The position numbers and the translations under genes are program-made. A model generated the notes under the pieces. The model worked only from the letters and a program-made list of their open reading frames with translations. It was not told the origin of the DNA and made no database searches. DNA of 64,000 bases from an uncultured Candidatus Binatia bacterium (GTDB taxonomy: Bacteria > Desulfobacterota > Binatia > UBA9968 > JAJDTQ01), in the NCBI GenBank assembly GCA_965213675.1, contig OZ243916.1, positions 1,728,001 through 1,792,000 on the forward strand. The letters run 5' to 3'. Position 1 is the stretch's first letter, and every line of letters starts with the position of its first letter. Of this stretch, positions 31,152 to 42,100 are shown piece by piece.

Positions 31152-31427
31152 ATGATCGCCGAACACGTGGGCGACGCCGCCCTGCCCGACATCGAGGCCT
31201 GGGCCAACGACATCATCCGCTCCGAGGACGACTCCGTGCGCGCCACGGAGTCGTACCACGATGCCGATTCCAACACCTACGTCCTCCGACTGACCCGCGG
31301 CGCCCGGGTGCTGCTGTTCCGCCTTTCCGAAGCCCAGGTCCACACCTCCGGACGCGAGCCCGAATGCGAGAAGATCCTGCGCAACCGGGTCAAGGAAGTG
31401 CGCCGCCTGCTGGGACGGACCGGCTGA
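31152..31427 (+). CDS. Hypothetical protein (91 aa)
   Basis: ATG 14 nt after the cytochrome c' stop; host-like codon usage. Confidence 0.6.
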   Translation: MIAEHVGDAALPDIEAWANDIIRSEDDSVRATESYHDADSNTYVLRLTRGARVLLFRLSEAQVHTSGREPECEKILRNRVKEVRRLLGRTG

Positions 31428-31489
31428 CAGCAGGCATATCCGACCCCAGCGGCGTATCACGGTGTATCGCAGCGTCCATCCGCGACGAG

Positions 31490-31978
31490 TCAGTGATCTT
31501 CGCCGGCCAGATCGAGAACGCGCCTGAATGTGGCTGGCGACAGCCGGAACCGCAATCTTTGCATCGCTTCCAATACGGGACCCACGGCGTCTACAAGCCC
31601 ACGTTCCTTTGCCAACAGCAGTATCCCCAAAGTACCCGTAACCTCCAGCCCCACGGCAACGGCGTGTCGCCGCGCGGCTCGGTCGTCCAACACCCGCAAG
31701 TGATCCGGGCTCTCCAGTCCCAAGGCGAGAACTTCCTTCTCTCCGTTACCCAAGCTGGTAACCAACGGCAGCAGAGTGCGGTCACGCACGGACCGCACCG
31801 CGACCCATGGCAGGTTGTCCGGACTCGGAAGGTTGACGCCGCGCCTCGCGCCCTCGGCAAGTTCCTGGACGACGGCCGAAGGGACCTGCACAGACACGAA
31901 CAGTTCCGGCAGGAGGCGGAGAAGTCCCGTCTGATGCAGGTACTGCAAAGGGGATGTGTTACAGATGACGTCGCGCAC
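31490..31978 (-). CDS. DUF3368 family PIN-domain protein (putative toxin)
   Basis: VICNTSPL, VPSAVVQEL, LGNGEKEVLAL, LDDRAARR, GTLGILLLAKERGL. Confidence 0.88.
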   Translation of the reverse strand: MRDVICNTSPLQYLHQTGLLRLLPELFVSVQVPSAVVQELAEGARRGVNLPSPDNLPWVAVRSVRDRTLLPLVTSLGNGEKEVLALGLESPDHLRVLDDRAARRHAVAVGLEVTGTLGILLLAKERGLVDAVGPVLEAMQRLRFRLSPATFRRVLDLAGEDH

Positions 31979-32225
31979 GGCTCACATCGCGTTGAAGCTC
32001 TTCCGACTCCAATTCAAACGTGTCCACTCCGTAGTCCGCCAGCTTCGTCAGGAACAGCGGCTTGGGCAGATCCGCCAACTCCGCCGCCCCCCCGGTCGAC
32101 AGGCGCCCCATCTCGCACAGCTTCACGGCGATCAAGAGCTTGGCTTCCTCACGGAACTCCTCTGCGGTCATACCCAGCGCCAGCAGCACATCGTCGCGAT
32201 AGTCGATAGTCAATGAACTCGCCAT
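31959..32225 (-). CDS. UPF0175 family protein (putative antitoxin)
   Basis: EAKLLIAVKL.EMGRLSTGGAAELA.L....FL..LADYGV; overlaps the DUF3368 start by 20 nt. Confidence 0.88.
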   Translation of the reverse strand: MASSLTIDYRDDVLLALGMTAEEFREEAKLLIAVKLCEMGRLSTGGAAELADLPKPLFLTKLADYGVDTFELESEELQRDVSRARRHL

Positions 32226-32267
32226 AGGGGATTCTCCAGCATTTCTCACCGCGTCCGAACACCTCCG

Positions 32268-35200
32268 CTATGGCGAGAGCGCCACCTGCGAAGGCCTGCT
32301 CTTCCCTTCCGTGAAATAAAACGCCTTGAACCGATCCAACAGTTTGATCTTGTCGATCAAGGCCCGCTCCTGTTGCGAGTTCGACACATTTCTCACCAGG
32401 AACTTCGCGTCTGAATCCGTACATCGTAGAATCAGATAGTTGGCTATGGCCGAAAACACCGAGGTATCGAAATCTCGTGCCTCCTGTGAAGCCACCACAA
32501 ATGAGATGCCGTACTTGCGGCACTCTTTTGCCATGGTGGGGATCAGCTTCAGGCGAGCAGCGCGATGCGCTTCATCAAAGACCAGCGCATGGGTTATCTG
32601 TTCCTGGATTCCTCGACGGAACATGTCCTTGTACAAGCCATAGAACACCAGACACGCAAAGGCTCGTTGCAGATTGTCGTTTTGCGTCGTGTGAATGCGG
32701 ATTACGACAGGAAGTTCACTGTCCCACAGACGACTGCCCATCTCGCCGTCATCGCCAAAGAAATCATAGTCGTCCAGTTCGCTCAAACGTGCCAGGAGGC
32801 TGCGCAACTCTCGGTCTGGTTTTTTCGTGTTCCGCAGAATATCCACGAAACGCCGAAACGGGGGCTCTGAAGAACCGGAGTCCGACCCCCATCCTGCTTC
32901 TTCAAAGCTCTCCTTGATGGCCCGCCGGATGTGATCGCCCTGAATGTCCCCAAGTTGAGGGTAAATCGCGCCGAAAATATCCCGCATGGCTCCGGCAACA
33001 TCCAGATGTGGCCTGGCGACGTCTCGGTCAATGACCCGCAATGGGTTGAACCCCAAGCCGTCAAAATCGATGAAGCGGACGGTTCCGACCGCTTCTTCCA
33101 ACCGCTGGTCAATATCTTGATGATAGGAGAACACGACTGGACGAATCTGCGCCGCGACCAATTGCCTGCACAAATTCACAAGGCAGGTGGTCTTGCCCAT
33201 GCCCGGCAACCCGGCGATCAACAAGTGCGGATTACCCTTCACACTGAGCGGCCAATGGACGTTGGTGTTTGTGAAGACATCTGTCCCCAGATTGACTGAA
33301 GCTTCACGTGCCTGGAAGCTTCGGCTGCCCTCTTCCGCCGTATTCACGTTCACAACGTCGTCGACTGGCGCCGACAGCGGAACGGCATCGGGCGTCTCGG
33401 GCTCATCCCCACCTCTGGAGCCCGCGTCGTTGGCTCGCCAGTTCGTTGACGTGGCGTGTATTTCCTCCGAGTCGGAAACACCGTCGGGCAGAAAGCTTGG
33501 ACCGAACAGAAACACACGAGTTCCCCAACGATCGGGGGATATCTCCAACGGAGCACGCTCGCCGTACTCGGGGCAGAACACCCACCCCCGGTCTCCGCTC
33601 GTCAGGGTAGAAATCGCATAATCTCCACCTTTTTCGATCATTTTGTCGATCTCGGAGACCAACTCCCTGTACCGTTCAGCGCGAAGATGATGCCTTTGCG
33701 CCTTGTCCGCGTAGAAACGCAAGACCCGAGCGAGCTTCGCACGTCTAATGGATCGAAAAGCGGAACATACGTTGTCGTGGCCATACCAGCCAACCCATCT
33801 CTCCCGAAGCGCTTGGACTTGTTGATTGATCCGCTGCAACAACTCCGTAGACCGAGCACTACGCAGATGACGACGGAATTTCACTTCAACGAACTGGAAG
33901 ACGAGCCCTTTGCGAGGGGCCGTCGTGACGAAAATGAGATCGGGGCGGGATGCTTTATCGTCGTCAGATTGATCCGCCGTTAACGGTGGGAGAAGGTCTC
34001 GCACATCATCGACCGGTACAATAAAACCATCCTTGAGCGGGAACCAACAGTCATTGTCTCGTGGAGGACTCATGCAATTGGCGTGAGCTACCGCGAGGGC
34101 GATCAGCTCCAACGTGGCCGAACGGTGACCTGTAAGGCGAATCGCGAGGCGACCACTGAGCGCCTTCAAGTGTTCAAGGAGAAACTCCGCATTGCGGCGA
34201 CTGTGGCTCAAGCCCATCTGATCCAGTGCCCGGTCAAGCAGATTGCGGACCTCGTCGAGATTGGTCGTGGACGTGATCAATTGGAGACAACCGAGATCCT
34301 CCCGCTCGGGCACACAATCGATGACGTAGGCGTCGTAAATTTCAGGATTGTCCCGGGGTGAATCGAAGTACTCCACGCCGGCGTTTCGGTCGAGGGTAAC
34401 GACCCAATCGCAGACATCATGAAGGTTACGAAGGCTTTCCGCCTTTTCGGCGGATATTTCGGTCGTCAAGACAGGAATGCCCCCGCTACCACCCAGGCGG
34501 CGGGCCACGGCGCCTTGTACGGCACGCTGAAGACTCAAGAGCGTCTCGGTATGCGTCCGGCGGGACGGATGCTTTTCCCCTACGGTGCCAGCGGGTAGGG
34601 TACTCAGCCACCGAGGCGAAGGGAGGCTGGTGTAGCGCCGCTGAAAAAAAGAAAGCAGCCCGAAGGCGTGGTATGGCTCGTGTGCCGGTACTTCCTGTGT
34701 CGCCCCAATACAGACCCTCGACTCAAAGCTGTCGAACGCAACGGCTATGTGCGCGGCGGTTTGCGGATTCTGGTCAACCTTGCGCGACCAACGTAGTCGC
34801 GGCACCGTAACCCCGCCCGGCAGATTCAGAGACTCCAACATCCAGCGATCCTCGGGAGCTAGAACCCCCGACCCGCTGCGACGTTTTTCGCGTGCCTCCG
34901 CGATAAACCGACCCGCTACTCCGCGCTGTCCCTCCGAAGGGTAAAGGTCGAGTGAAAACACTGGAACCGCGACCGCCCGCGTCTCATCATCCGGTTCGTC
35001 TCCGATTCCTTCGGCCTCTTGGTAGTGTTTGTGAACTCCCCCCAAAGACCGGGCGACGGTCAACCCATCGCCGGCTCGGAGCGCGTGGACATGGAGAAAG
35101 CGGGCGAGATACGCGGAGCCCTCAACATCACCGTCCGCGGTGTGGCAGTCCAGATATCTGACGATCTCGTCTCGCAAGACATTCGCACTCTGTCTCCCGG

Positions 35201-37286
35201 TTGTAGGGGCCGTGTCACCAGCTTCTCCGTCGCCGAGTGCCCGCTCCAGGATCGTTATCGCTGCCTTGGGTTCCATGTCTGAATCCGGCACCATTCCCAC
35301 TGCGTAAAACCCCAGCGTGTCGGCGAAAACAAACGTGCCGCCCGAAGGATTGGGAAGAAAGGCCGGAAACATGGCGCCGTCCAACCCCGAGAATTCTCCA
35401 AGAATCTCCTTAGGGCGCTGGTTTTGTCTGAAGCGAGCATTGAAAACAAGATTGTCATACGCGACATGCCATGCAATTCTCAGTGGATGCGCGGGCAGCA
35501 CGATGAGACCAAGAGTTCGCCCCGATAACGATTGAACCTCGACAGTGTGAACGAGACTCAACAGCGGGTCACCCTCCTTCAACAAGCCATCCCAAGCCCG
35601 CAGATATTCCCGTACGACTCCGAAATTTTCCGCGGCTTCATCATATATCTGCGCAACTCCACCTCCCCCATCAAAACGCTCCGCCATTTTGCGACTGGCC
35701 GAAGCTGCCTGCACACAGGCTTCGTCTTCCTGGTGAGGTAACTCGTGAAAGACAGGAGCCTCGGCTCGGCTGCCCGTCGCCCGCACCTTCACGGTCCACC
35801 TTCCGATTGCGCCTTGCGCATCATTCCACTGTTTTTCCGCCTCGGCGATCAAGGATGGCCGATAAACCCGGAAGCTCTTGATCCTTCCGTTGTCCTTCCG
35901 CATTCGCCGAAGCACGAATCCCTTGGAATCGACGGCGGTAACCGGGGACACAGCGACCGCGGTCACCGATTCTCTGTCTTCAGACTCAACGATACCCTCG
36001 CTGAATGTCCGGACTTTGACACCAGCGCCGCCCGAATCCTGAATTTCAGGATTGCCGAACCGGATTTGGATTTCCTCGGTTTCCTCTGCGACTTCCTGTA
36101 CACCGACAACCTCCACGACCGCCTTGGCGGACAAAACGACGTCGTCATCAAGAGTTGAGAAGTCGTCGTTGCTGAACCGACACTTCTCCCCGCCCTTTCG
36201 CGCAAGGTGAGCGATCTCTTTGACGACAACGTCTTCATCCAAAGCCGTACGGATGGAGACACGGAACTGGGCCGCGTGCTTGGCCAGATTGATCGGGTCC
36301 GTCTTCCATCGCACCTCCAGCATCGGGTCGGGTCCGGCAGCACTCGGATCCGAACTCAAGAACAAAACGGGCGGTTCGTCATCCTCCGTACGCTCGGTCA
36401 AGCCGGACCACTTGGCGACGGCACCATTGCGGTTCCGCCAAGAAGCCAACTCGACGCCTTGTATCGAATCCGCCGAACCCTGGGTTCGAAGTTCGCCAAC
36501 CCAGAGATGCCGCCGATTCGCCAATTCTTTCAGTCCCGTCAGCAACGGCTTGGTATCCACCTCATTGAGGAAACCCTCCAGTTCACCGACCTTGGGCTCT
36601 GCTTCTTTGTCAAGCCGCAAAGCATCGATGCGCGCAGCCGGTGCCAAATTCGCGACGGCCGCACTGAGCAGATGTCTTACAAACATGCGAGACGTCTTCA
36701 AATCCTCCGGATTGCCGTCATCCGCATCCAAGACCGGCCACAACCCGATCAAATGCAGATAGGCGCCCGGTGTCTGTGTCTGATTGCCAGATGCAACATG
36801 ACAGAGAAACTTGAACTCCGCCCAAGGTGGTACGCCGTGAGCCCCTCCATACCCTCGTGCCGTCTTGATCGCTTGTTCCGCGTAGCGACGTCTCGCCGCT
36901 GAATGACGGCTGGTAATTTCACCGGCCGCCAACCGAAGCGCCTGCCCAAACAATGTAGACTCGTCCACCTCCCGGCCAGCACTGTAGATACCGTCCATGC
37001 CAGCACCTGCACGCTCGCTATCAACCAGCAGCAGTATCGCTGCCGTCTTTGCTTCGCGTCGTTCCACAGCCTGGTCCGCAGTGATCGTCCGGATGTCTGA
37101 ACGGGCCTCATCCGCAACGCGCAGAACCTGCCAACCGCGTGGCGTAAACGAGGCATCGGCGGCCAACGCTTCGATGACGTTGGGACCCAGACACCGCACG
37201 AAGGCCACGGCACCGTTCTCTGGTTCACCAAGGACACTCCGAAACGCTTCCGAAAGCACCGCCCCGTGAACAGGAGTCCAACTCAT
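32268..37286 (-). CDS. Large defence ATPase with PD-(D/E)XK nuclease motif and C-terminal HerA/FtsK-type ATPase (MAD8/DndH-like)
   Basis: 1672 aa. RPDLIFV...FVEVKFR nuclease signature; NPHLLIAGLPGMGKT Walker A; LVFDEAHR Walker B; KECRKYGISFVVASQ. Confidence 0.8.
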   Translation of the reverse strand: MSWTPVHGAVLSEAFRSVLGEPENGAVAFVRCLGPNVIEALAADASFTPRGWQVLRVADEARSDIRTITADQAVERREAKTAAILLLVDSERAGAGMDGIYSAGREVDESTLFGQALRLAAGEITSRHSAARRRYAEQAIKTARGYGGAHGVPPWAEFKFLCHVASGNQTQTPGAYLHLIGLWPVLDADDGNPEDLKTSRMFVRHLLSAAVANLAPAARIDALRLDKEAEPKVGELEGFLNEVDTKPLLTGLKELANRRHLWVGELRTQGSADSIQGVELASWRNRNGAVAKWSGLTERTEDDEPPVLFLSSDPSAAGPDPMLEVRWKTDPINLAKHAAQFRVSIRTALDEDVVVKEIAHLARKGGEKCRFSNDDFSTLDDDVVLSAKAVVEVVGVQEVAEETEEIQIRFGNPEIQDSGGAGVKVRTFSEGIVESEDRESVTAVAVSPVTAVDSKGFVLRRMRKDNGRIKSFRVYRPSLIAEAEKQWNDAQGAIGRWTVKVRATGSRAEAPVFHELPHQEDEACVQAASASRKMAERFDGGGGVAQIYDEAAENFGVVREYLRAWDGLLKEGDPLLSLVHTVEVQSLSGRTLGLIVLPAHPLRIAWHVAYDNLVFNARFRQNQRPKEILGEFSGLDGAMFPAFLPNPSGGTFVFADTLGFYAVGMVPDSDMEPKAAITILERALGDGEAGDTAPTTGRQSANVLRDEIVRYLDCHTADGDVEGSAYLARFLHVHALRAGDGLTVARSLGGVHKHYQEAEGIGDEPDDETRAVAVPVFSLDLYPSEGQRGVAGRFIAEAREKRRSGSGVLAPEDRWMLESLNLPGGVTVPRLRWSRKVDQNPQTAAHIAVAFDSFESRVCIGATQEVPAHEPYHAFGLLSFFQRRYTSLPSPRWLSTLPAGTVGEKHPSRRTHTETLLSLQRAVQGAVARRLGGSGGIPVLTTEISAEKAESLRNLHDVCDWVVTLDRNAGVEYFDSPRDNPEIYDAYVIDCVPEREDLGCLQLITSTTNLDEVRNLLDRALDQMGLSHSRRNAEFLLEHLKALSGRLAIRLTGHRSATLELIALAVAHANCMSPPRDNDCWFPLKDGFIVPVDDVRDLLPPLTADQSDDDKASRPDLIFVTTAPRKGLVFQFVEVKFRRHLRSARSTELLQRINQQVQALRERWVGWYGHDNVCSAFRSIRRAKLARVLRFYADKAQRHHLRAERYRELVSEIDKMIEKGGDYAISTLTSGDRGWVFCPEYGERAPLEISPDRWGTRVFLFGPSFLPDGVSDSEEIHATSTNWRANDAGSRGGDEPETPDAVPLSAPVDDVVNVNTAEEGSRSFQAREASVNLGTDVFTNTNVHWPLSVKGNPHLLIAGLPGMGKTTCLVNLCRQLVAAQIRPVVFSYHQDIDQRLEEAVGTVRFIDFDGLGFNPLRVIDRDVARPHLDVAGAMRDIFGAIYPQLGDIQGDHIRRAIKESFEEAGWGSDSGSSEPPFRRFVDILRNTKKPDRELRSLLARLSELDDYDFFGDDGEMGSRLWDSELPVVIRIHTTQNDNLQRAFACLVFYGLYKDMFRRGIQEQITHALVFDEAHRAARLKLIPTMAKECRKYGISFVVASQEARDFDTSVFSAIANYLILRCTDSDAKFLVRNVSNSQQERALIDKIKLLDRFKAFYFTEGKSRPSQVALSP

Positions 37287-39094
37287 GTTTCTTCGAGCCT
37301 TCCCGGTTGGAAGCGCGGCTGAAGGCGCTTCATTGCTTCGGCGTCGTTGACGCCAACCAAAAGACCGAGGTCACGCAAACGGCGTTCCAGAACCGCTCGG
37401 TTCGCGTGAAGAAGTTCGTTGGAGACATCCATGCCCCGCGGGGCCACATCGACGTGAAAGCCGTGGCGAATTCGGATCGAATCCAAAAAATCCTTCAACG
37501 AAATGGGACGTATGCCCGCCCTGCTGCTTGGTGGAAGGAGGTGGAGGTGAACCAGGTAATCAAGAACCGCATCGGTAAAAACCAATGAACGGACTTCCCG
37601 TGGACGTCGCCCGGACCGCAGTGCGTCGGCACCACCGGTCGTCTTCCGTTTCCGAGCCAGTCCGTTGGGGCGATCAATGTTGATTGTCGAATCTAGCATG
37701 GAAAACGTGTTGCTTCGTGAACTCCTGCCCAGGAGCGGCGTCAACGCGGTGGCCAGACGCAGAATTGGATTCGGTAGGTTCGCCTCGTTGCCGAGCGTAG
37801 CCGCAGCCTCAGGATAGTCTTCCTTCAATGCCTCGGCGAGCTTCTCCCCAAGCTCGTCCAGTTGACGATGCACGAAGGACGCCTCGCCGTGCCGGTCGTA
37901 AAGCACGTCGCCCAGAAGATTGATCCATTCAGTTGCATAGGGGCGTTGAGGAGGCATCTGCTTCTTGATCCTGCGATTGTCACTGGCTGCGTAGTCCAAC
38001 AACCTCAGCATCATGAGTTTTTCCGGCACGCGCTCGACACGGCGCGTCAGGTCGTCCATGGACCGCTCGGCCAGCGAACGCAACCGCCGGTCGACACCGA
38101 TGGAGCAGTCAACAAGAACATCCGCGGGACGTTCTTCGTCACCCTCGGCCACCCGGCCTGTCTCAGCCCATTGCAACAGGATTTCGACGACACTTGTGAA
38201 AACGGCCGTCATTCCCGTCGCGATACAGGCTTCGACAAGTTCGACAAATGCCTGTCGCGGAACCACCCGCGCATAGGCCCGAACGAACCGTCGAATGTCC
38301 TCGGAAAAGTGACGCGATGCCTCCCTGGCAACGGGATGCTGGTTCGAGATACGGTCACCGTCCTTGCCTCTGGCCTTGTCCGGTGCATGGCCGAGTTGTT
38401 GAGCTAACCGTATCATCAGCAATTGGTCGAGGCCGATTCCCTGATTCGATTCGTCAAAATGATCGCCATTGCGGTTGGCCCTGATTGCGTCGCGCTCGAT
38501 ACCTTGGCTAAATGCTTTCAAGAGCAGGTTCTTCTCGTAGTGTGTCGCCACAGGGAACCACGACTTGTCGGTCTTCTGCGGTGGCTCGACATACTCGCCG
38601 TCTTGATTCGCAAGCATCGCCACAATCATCTCGGGCACGAAGCGAAGATGCGCGGCGGACTCCGGGAGATCTATCCAACTCGACATGTAATGCGCCGGCG
38701 CAACCCGCTGGATCTGCTTGTCTCTTCCGAGGTCGTTTCTAGAATTTTCCAAACAGTAACAGAGCAGAAGATCCCCAAGAATGGCCTTCTCGGTCCGGTC
38801 ATTGAAACCGCGAAATTTCGAATCAGAGGCGAGCCTGTCTGCCACTCTCTCCACCGTCGCCGCTCGTCTCCTCTCCGCAGGCGTTCCGGCCGTCGGAGCA
38901 AACGTCGCCAAAAACTGGCCGCGACCACGCCGATCTCCGAACCGAAACATATAAAGGACCGCCGGAAGGATCGCCGAGAGTTGAAAGTCGTTGACAGAAA
39001 TGGGTAGCGCCTTGTCGTACTGAGCAGACCAGATCGCGTCCGCCATCTGCTTGGGAAGTACATTCCGAACGATGTCCCGAGCGCTACCCGGCAT
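37283..39094 (-). CDS. Uncharacterised defence-associated protein (MAD7/DndG-like position), 603 aa
   Basis: AAGGAG RBS overlaps the upstream stop; ATGA overlap with the downstream gene. C-terminal FLDSIRIRHG...LERRLRDLGLL.GVNDA winged-helix-like end. Confidence 0.7.
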   Translation of the reverse strand: MPGSARDIVRNVLPKQMADAIWSAQYDKALPISVNDFQLSAILPAVLYMFRFGDRRGRGQFLATFAPTAGTPAERRRAATVERVADRLASDSKFRGFNDRTEKAILGDLLLCYCLENSRNDLGRDKQIQRVAPAHYMSSWIDLPESAAHLRFVPEMIVAMLANQDGEYVEPPQKTDKSWFPVATHYEKNLLLKAFSQGIERDAIRANRNGDHFDESNQGIGLDQLLMIRLAQQLGHAPDKARGKDGDRISNQHPVAREASRHFSEDIRRFVRAYARVVPRQAFVELVEACIATGMTAVFTSVVEILLQWAETGRVAEGDEERPADVLVDCSIGVDRRLRSLAERSMDDLTRRVERVPEKLMMLRLLDYAASDNRRIKKQMPPQRPYATEWINLLGDVLYDRHGEASFVHRQLDELGEKLAEALKEDYPEAAATLGNEANLPNPILRLATALTPLLGRSSRSNTFSMLDSTINIDRPNGLARKRKTTGGADALRSGRRPREVRSLVFTDAVLDYLVHLHLLPPSSRAGIRPISLKDFLDSIRIRHGFHVDVAPRGMDVSNELLHANRAVLERRLRDLGLLVGVNDAEAMKRLQPRFQPGRLEET

Positions 39095-39104
39095 GACCAA
39101 CTCC

Positions 39105-42100
39105 TTACGAATCCGTCGGTTCGAGCACCAACCGCTGGGAAGACGTGGTGCCCGCGTCTCCGTCAACGTCGACGAAGATTTCAAAGACCGTGTCCTTCAT
39201 CGGATTCCATGCAAACATCCGGCGATCATCCTCCTGAAGCAAGCGCTGCACGAAGATCGACAAATGCGCAAATACATCGTCCGTGGCCACGTCACCCAAC
39301 TGATAACCCTCGGCAAGTTCCAGGAGCAGATGAAAGAGTTCGGCGCCGAGTCGCAGCCGCTCTTCATTACCGTTCCCGTACACGTAGATGAGAGAAACTT
39401 GCCTGTGAAGTTGTTCGACGCCCTCACCGACGTCCGGCAGGTCCACTTCCAGGCGGAAACGATCCAGCGGTTTCTCTACCCAGAAAACTGTCTCGGTCGG
39501 CGTTCGCGGCGTGATCTGGAGTGGCACGCCAGTTTCTCGCTCCAACGCCTCCCGTGGCAGGGTCTCCAGGCGAGAGATGCCGTCGCAGAGTCTCTCCGTC
39601 AGTTGCCGCCTTTGATCTCCATTGTCGCTTGTGGCCAAATCAAGAAACTCACGCAGATGACGCCCACGAGCCACGCCCAGGGTGTGTGGATCGCCTGTGA
39701 GCCGCTGGATGTCCGTCTCCGACCATTCGAAATAGGCGCGCCGCCTTGCCGCAGCCAAGGGCAACCCGCTGTAGTGCGGTGGTCTTTCTTCATCTTCCGG
39801 ATCCAGCGTTTGCAACAATCGCCGGTCCAGTCGCGGATGCGCTTCGAGGCCAGGGTCAAAACGCGCCAGGTCTCGAAGCACTTCACCTTGCCTACCAGTG
39901 GATACCGGAGAAAATGCTCGCTCCGCATAGGACTGGGGAGGTGGTTTCTCGTCTGCGTCTTCGCCGTTGGAACCCGCGTGATAATCGTGGCAGTAATGAA
40001 GCCCGAACAGGACGTAGACCAACGCAGCCCGCAATTCACGAACGGTGATATGGGTCTCACCACGGAGATGAACCGCCTGTAAGGCGCAAAACAGACTTGC
40101 CCGGGCACGTCTGCGGAGATGTCCTTCTGCCAGTTCACCCGGCCCAAAAATCCGGGTTGCCCGGAATACCTCGCAACGATCTTGCGACGAGCATGTGTGA
40201 CATGGGGCCCAATGCGTCGCGGCAAGTTCGCCACCATAAAGACTATCCAGTAGCCGATCCAAAAAACTATCGTCGACACTCCTGCCATCTGTGGCGCGGC
40301 TGCCGACCAAAGAGCGCAGGTTTAGATTCACGAAGCGGATATGGGGACTTTCCAGGACAGAGTCGCCTCCAAGGAAGGCACGAAGGTCTTTCGTCAACGG
40401 CGTATCGCCGCCCCGCTCTTCGACACTCTCAATCCATTCCAGTAGACGACCATCATTGATCGCCAGCAGGTGGGCCACATCCTCGCTCGGTCGCCCGTGT
40501 TGAAACGGCTCCAGGAACTCGTCCAGAATCTCGTCGGCAGACCGGTCCCTCCAGGAAGCCGAGCCATCCAGGTTCAGGCGTACAGTCAGGGTATTGCTCA
40601 ATGTACCTGTCAAGATGCGACTTGCGGAGGTCTGAGTACCCAGCCCGAATTCTCGGGCGAGATATTGGAGGAGCGCAGTCTTCCCGTCGCCGGCGTTGCC
40701 GCAAAGAATAACGAGGCTGACCTGCCGATCCTGTACCGCCCGATACAGCGCCTGTTCAAGTCTGGTTTCAACGTAGGTGCCAACCGCAAATTCGGAATCG
40801 AGACCCCTGGTCTCGGAATTTCCCCAACGTGAGCCCGGATACGACTGTAACAGCGACTTGAGCCAAGGCACCTCGTTCTCTTGTCGTTGTGTCGGCAAGG
40901 CGACACTCGGAGTTCCTCGATCCGTCCTTGCCGTCGCATCGACGCCATCGCCGTCTTCTTGTGCAACACTGCTTCCGCTGCTCTCTCCCCGGTCTGCTTG
41001 CTCACTCAGGGCCGCCAAGGCGTCTGCTGTGTTTCCGAATCTCCTCGCTGGGTCCGGGTCCGTGGCGCGATCCAGAAAGGCCGCCAACATCGGAAATTCT
41101 TCACGCTCTGACCCTTGCCACTTGAGACCACGCTCCTTCGCCAGCCCTCCGTCATATTGAAACGGCTCCCTATCCAGCAGCACGTGAAAGAAACTGGCTG
41201 CCAGAGCATAGAGATCGTCGGATGGGGTGCTGACGCGTCCTTGACTGCCATATGGCGCGCAATACAGCATGGTGCCAGGCATTTCCGCCTGTGCGCCGAT
41301 CTTCGTTACGCAGTCGTAATCCGTCAACACCAGCTCATGTCCCGAAACAATCAGATTGCGGGGGCTGACGTCGCCATGGACCAAGCCATTGCCGTGCAGC
41401 GTGCCCAACGCTTCACACGCCACACGGAGCCACTGAATGGCCAATCCTTCTCCTGAAACGTCGCCCAAGTCGTCAGCGAGGATCGGCAGCACCCCCGTGT
41501 ACTCGCTCAACGGCATACCCTCTACCCATGTCAACAAGGCCACAAAGCCGTTATCTTGCCACTCGGGAGCCACTTCAAAGATCGTCGAAAGAGCGGTATG
41601 GCGAAGATGCGAGCGCGCCAACTCATGGGCTCTCGCCACACGGCGCCCGGTCACTTCATCGCGAACCACTTTGGCGACGTACGTGCCCAGTTCATCCTTT
41701 GTCTCGCGGTGGATTCCGGTCACCTTGTACGTTGTTCCCACACCTCCGGAACCCAACCGTGATACGATACGGTACTGCTGACCACGGAAAGGGATTACTT
41801 GATCTTCAGTCCAGTACCGTGATGCTGGAGGCGGCGTGTCGCATTCGCCATGGCCTGACACTTTCGATAGCGCGGCTTCCAGGTCCGATAGACTACTTCG
41901 CGCCTCGGAAGCCTCCGCCAATCCCTTGTCCAGCACGGCCGCAACGCTGATGCCGATGTCATCCGGTTCGTCGTGGAACAGGGTGCTCAGTGTCGCACAG
42001 AGCGAAAATACGTCTGATCGTTGATTGGCAACTCCCTTTCCGTGGGAGCGTACCTCGGGCGCGGTCGTAGATTCGCGGTCTTCGGCAGCCAACTCGGATG

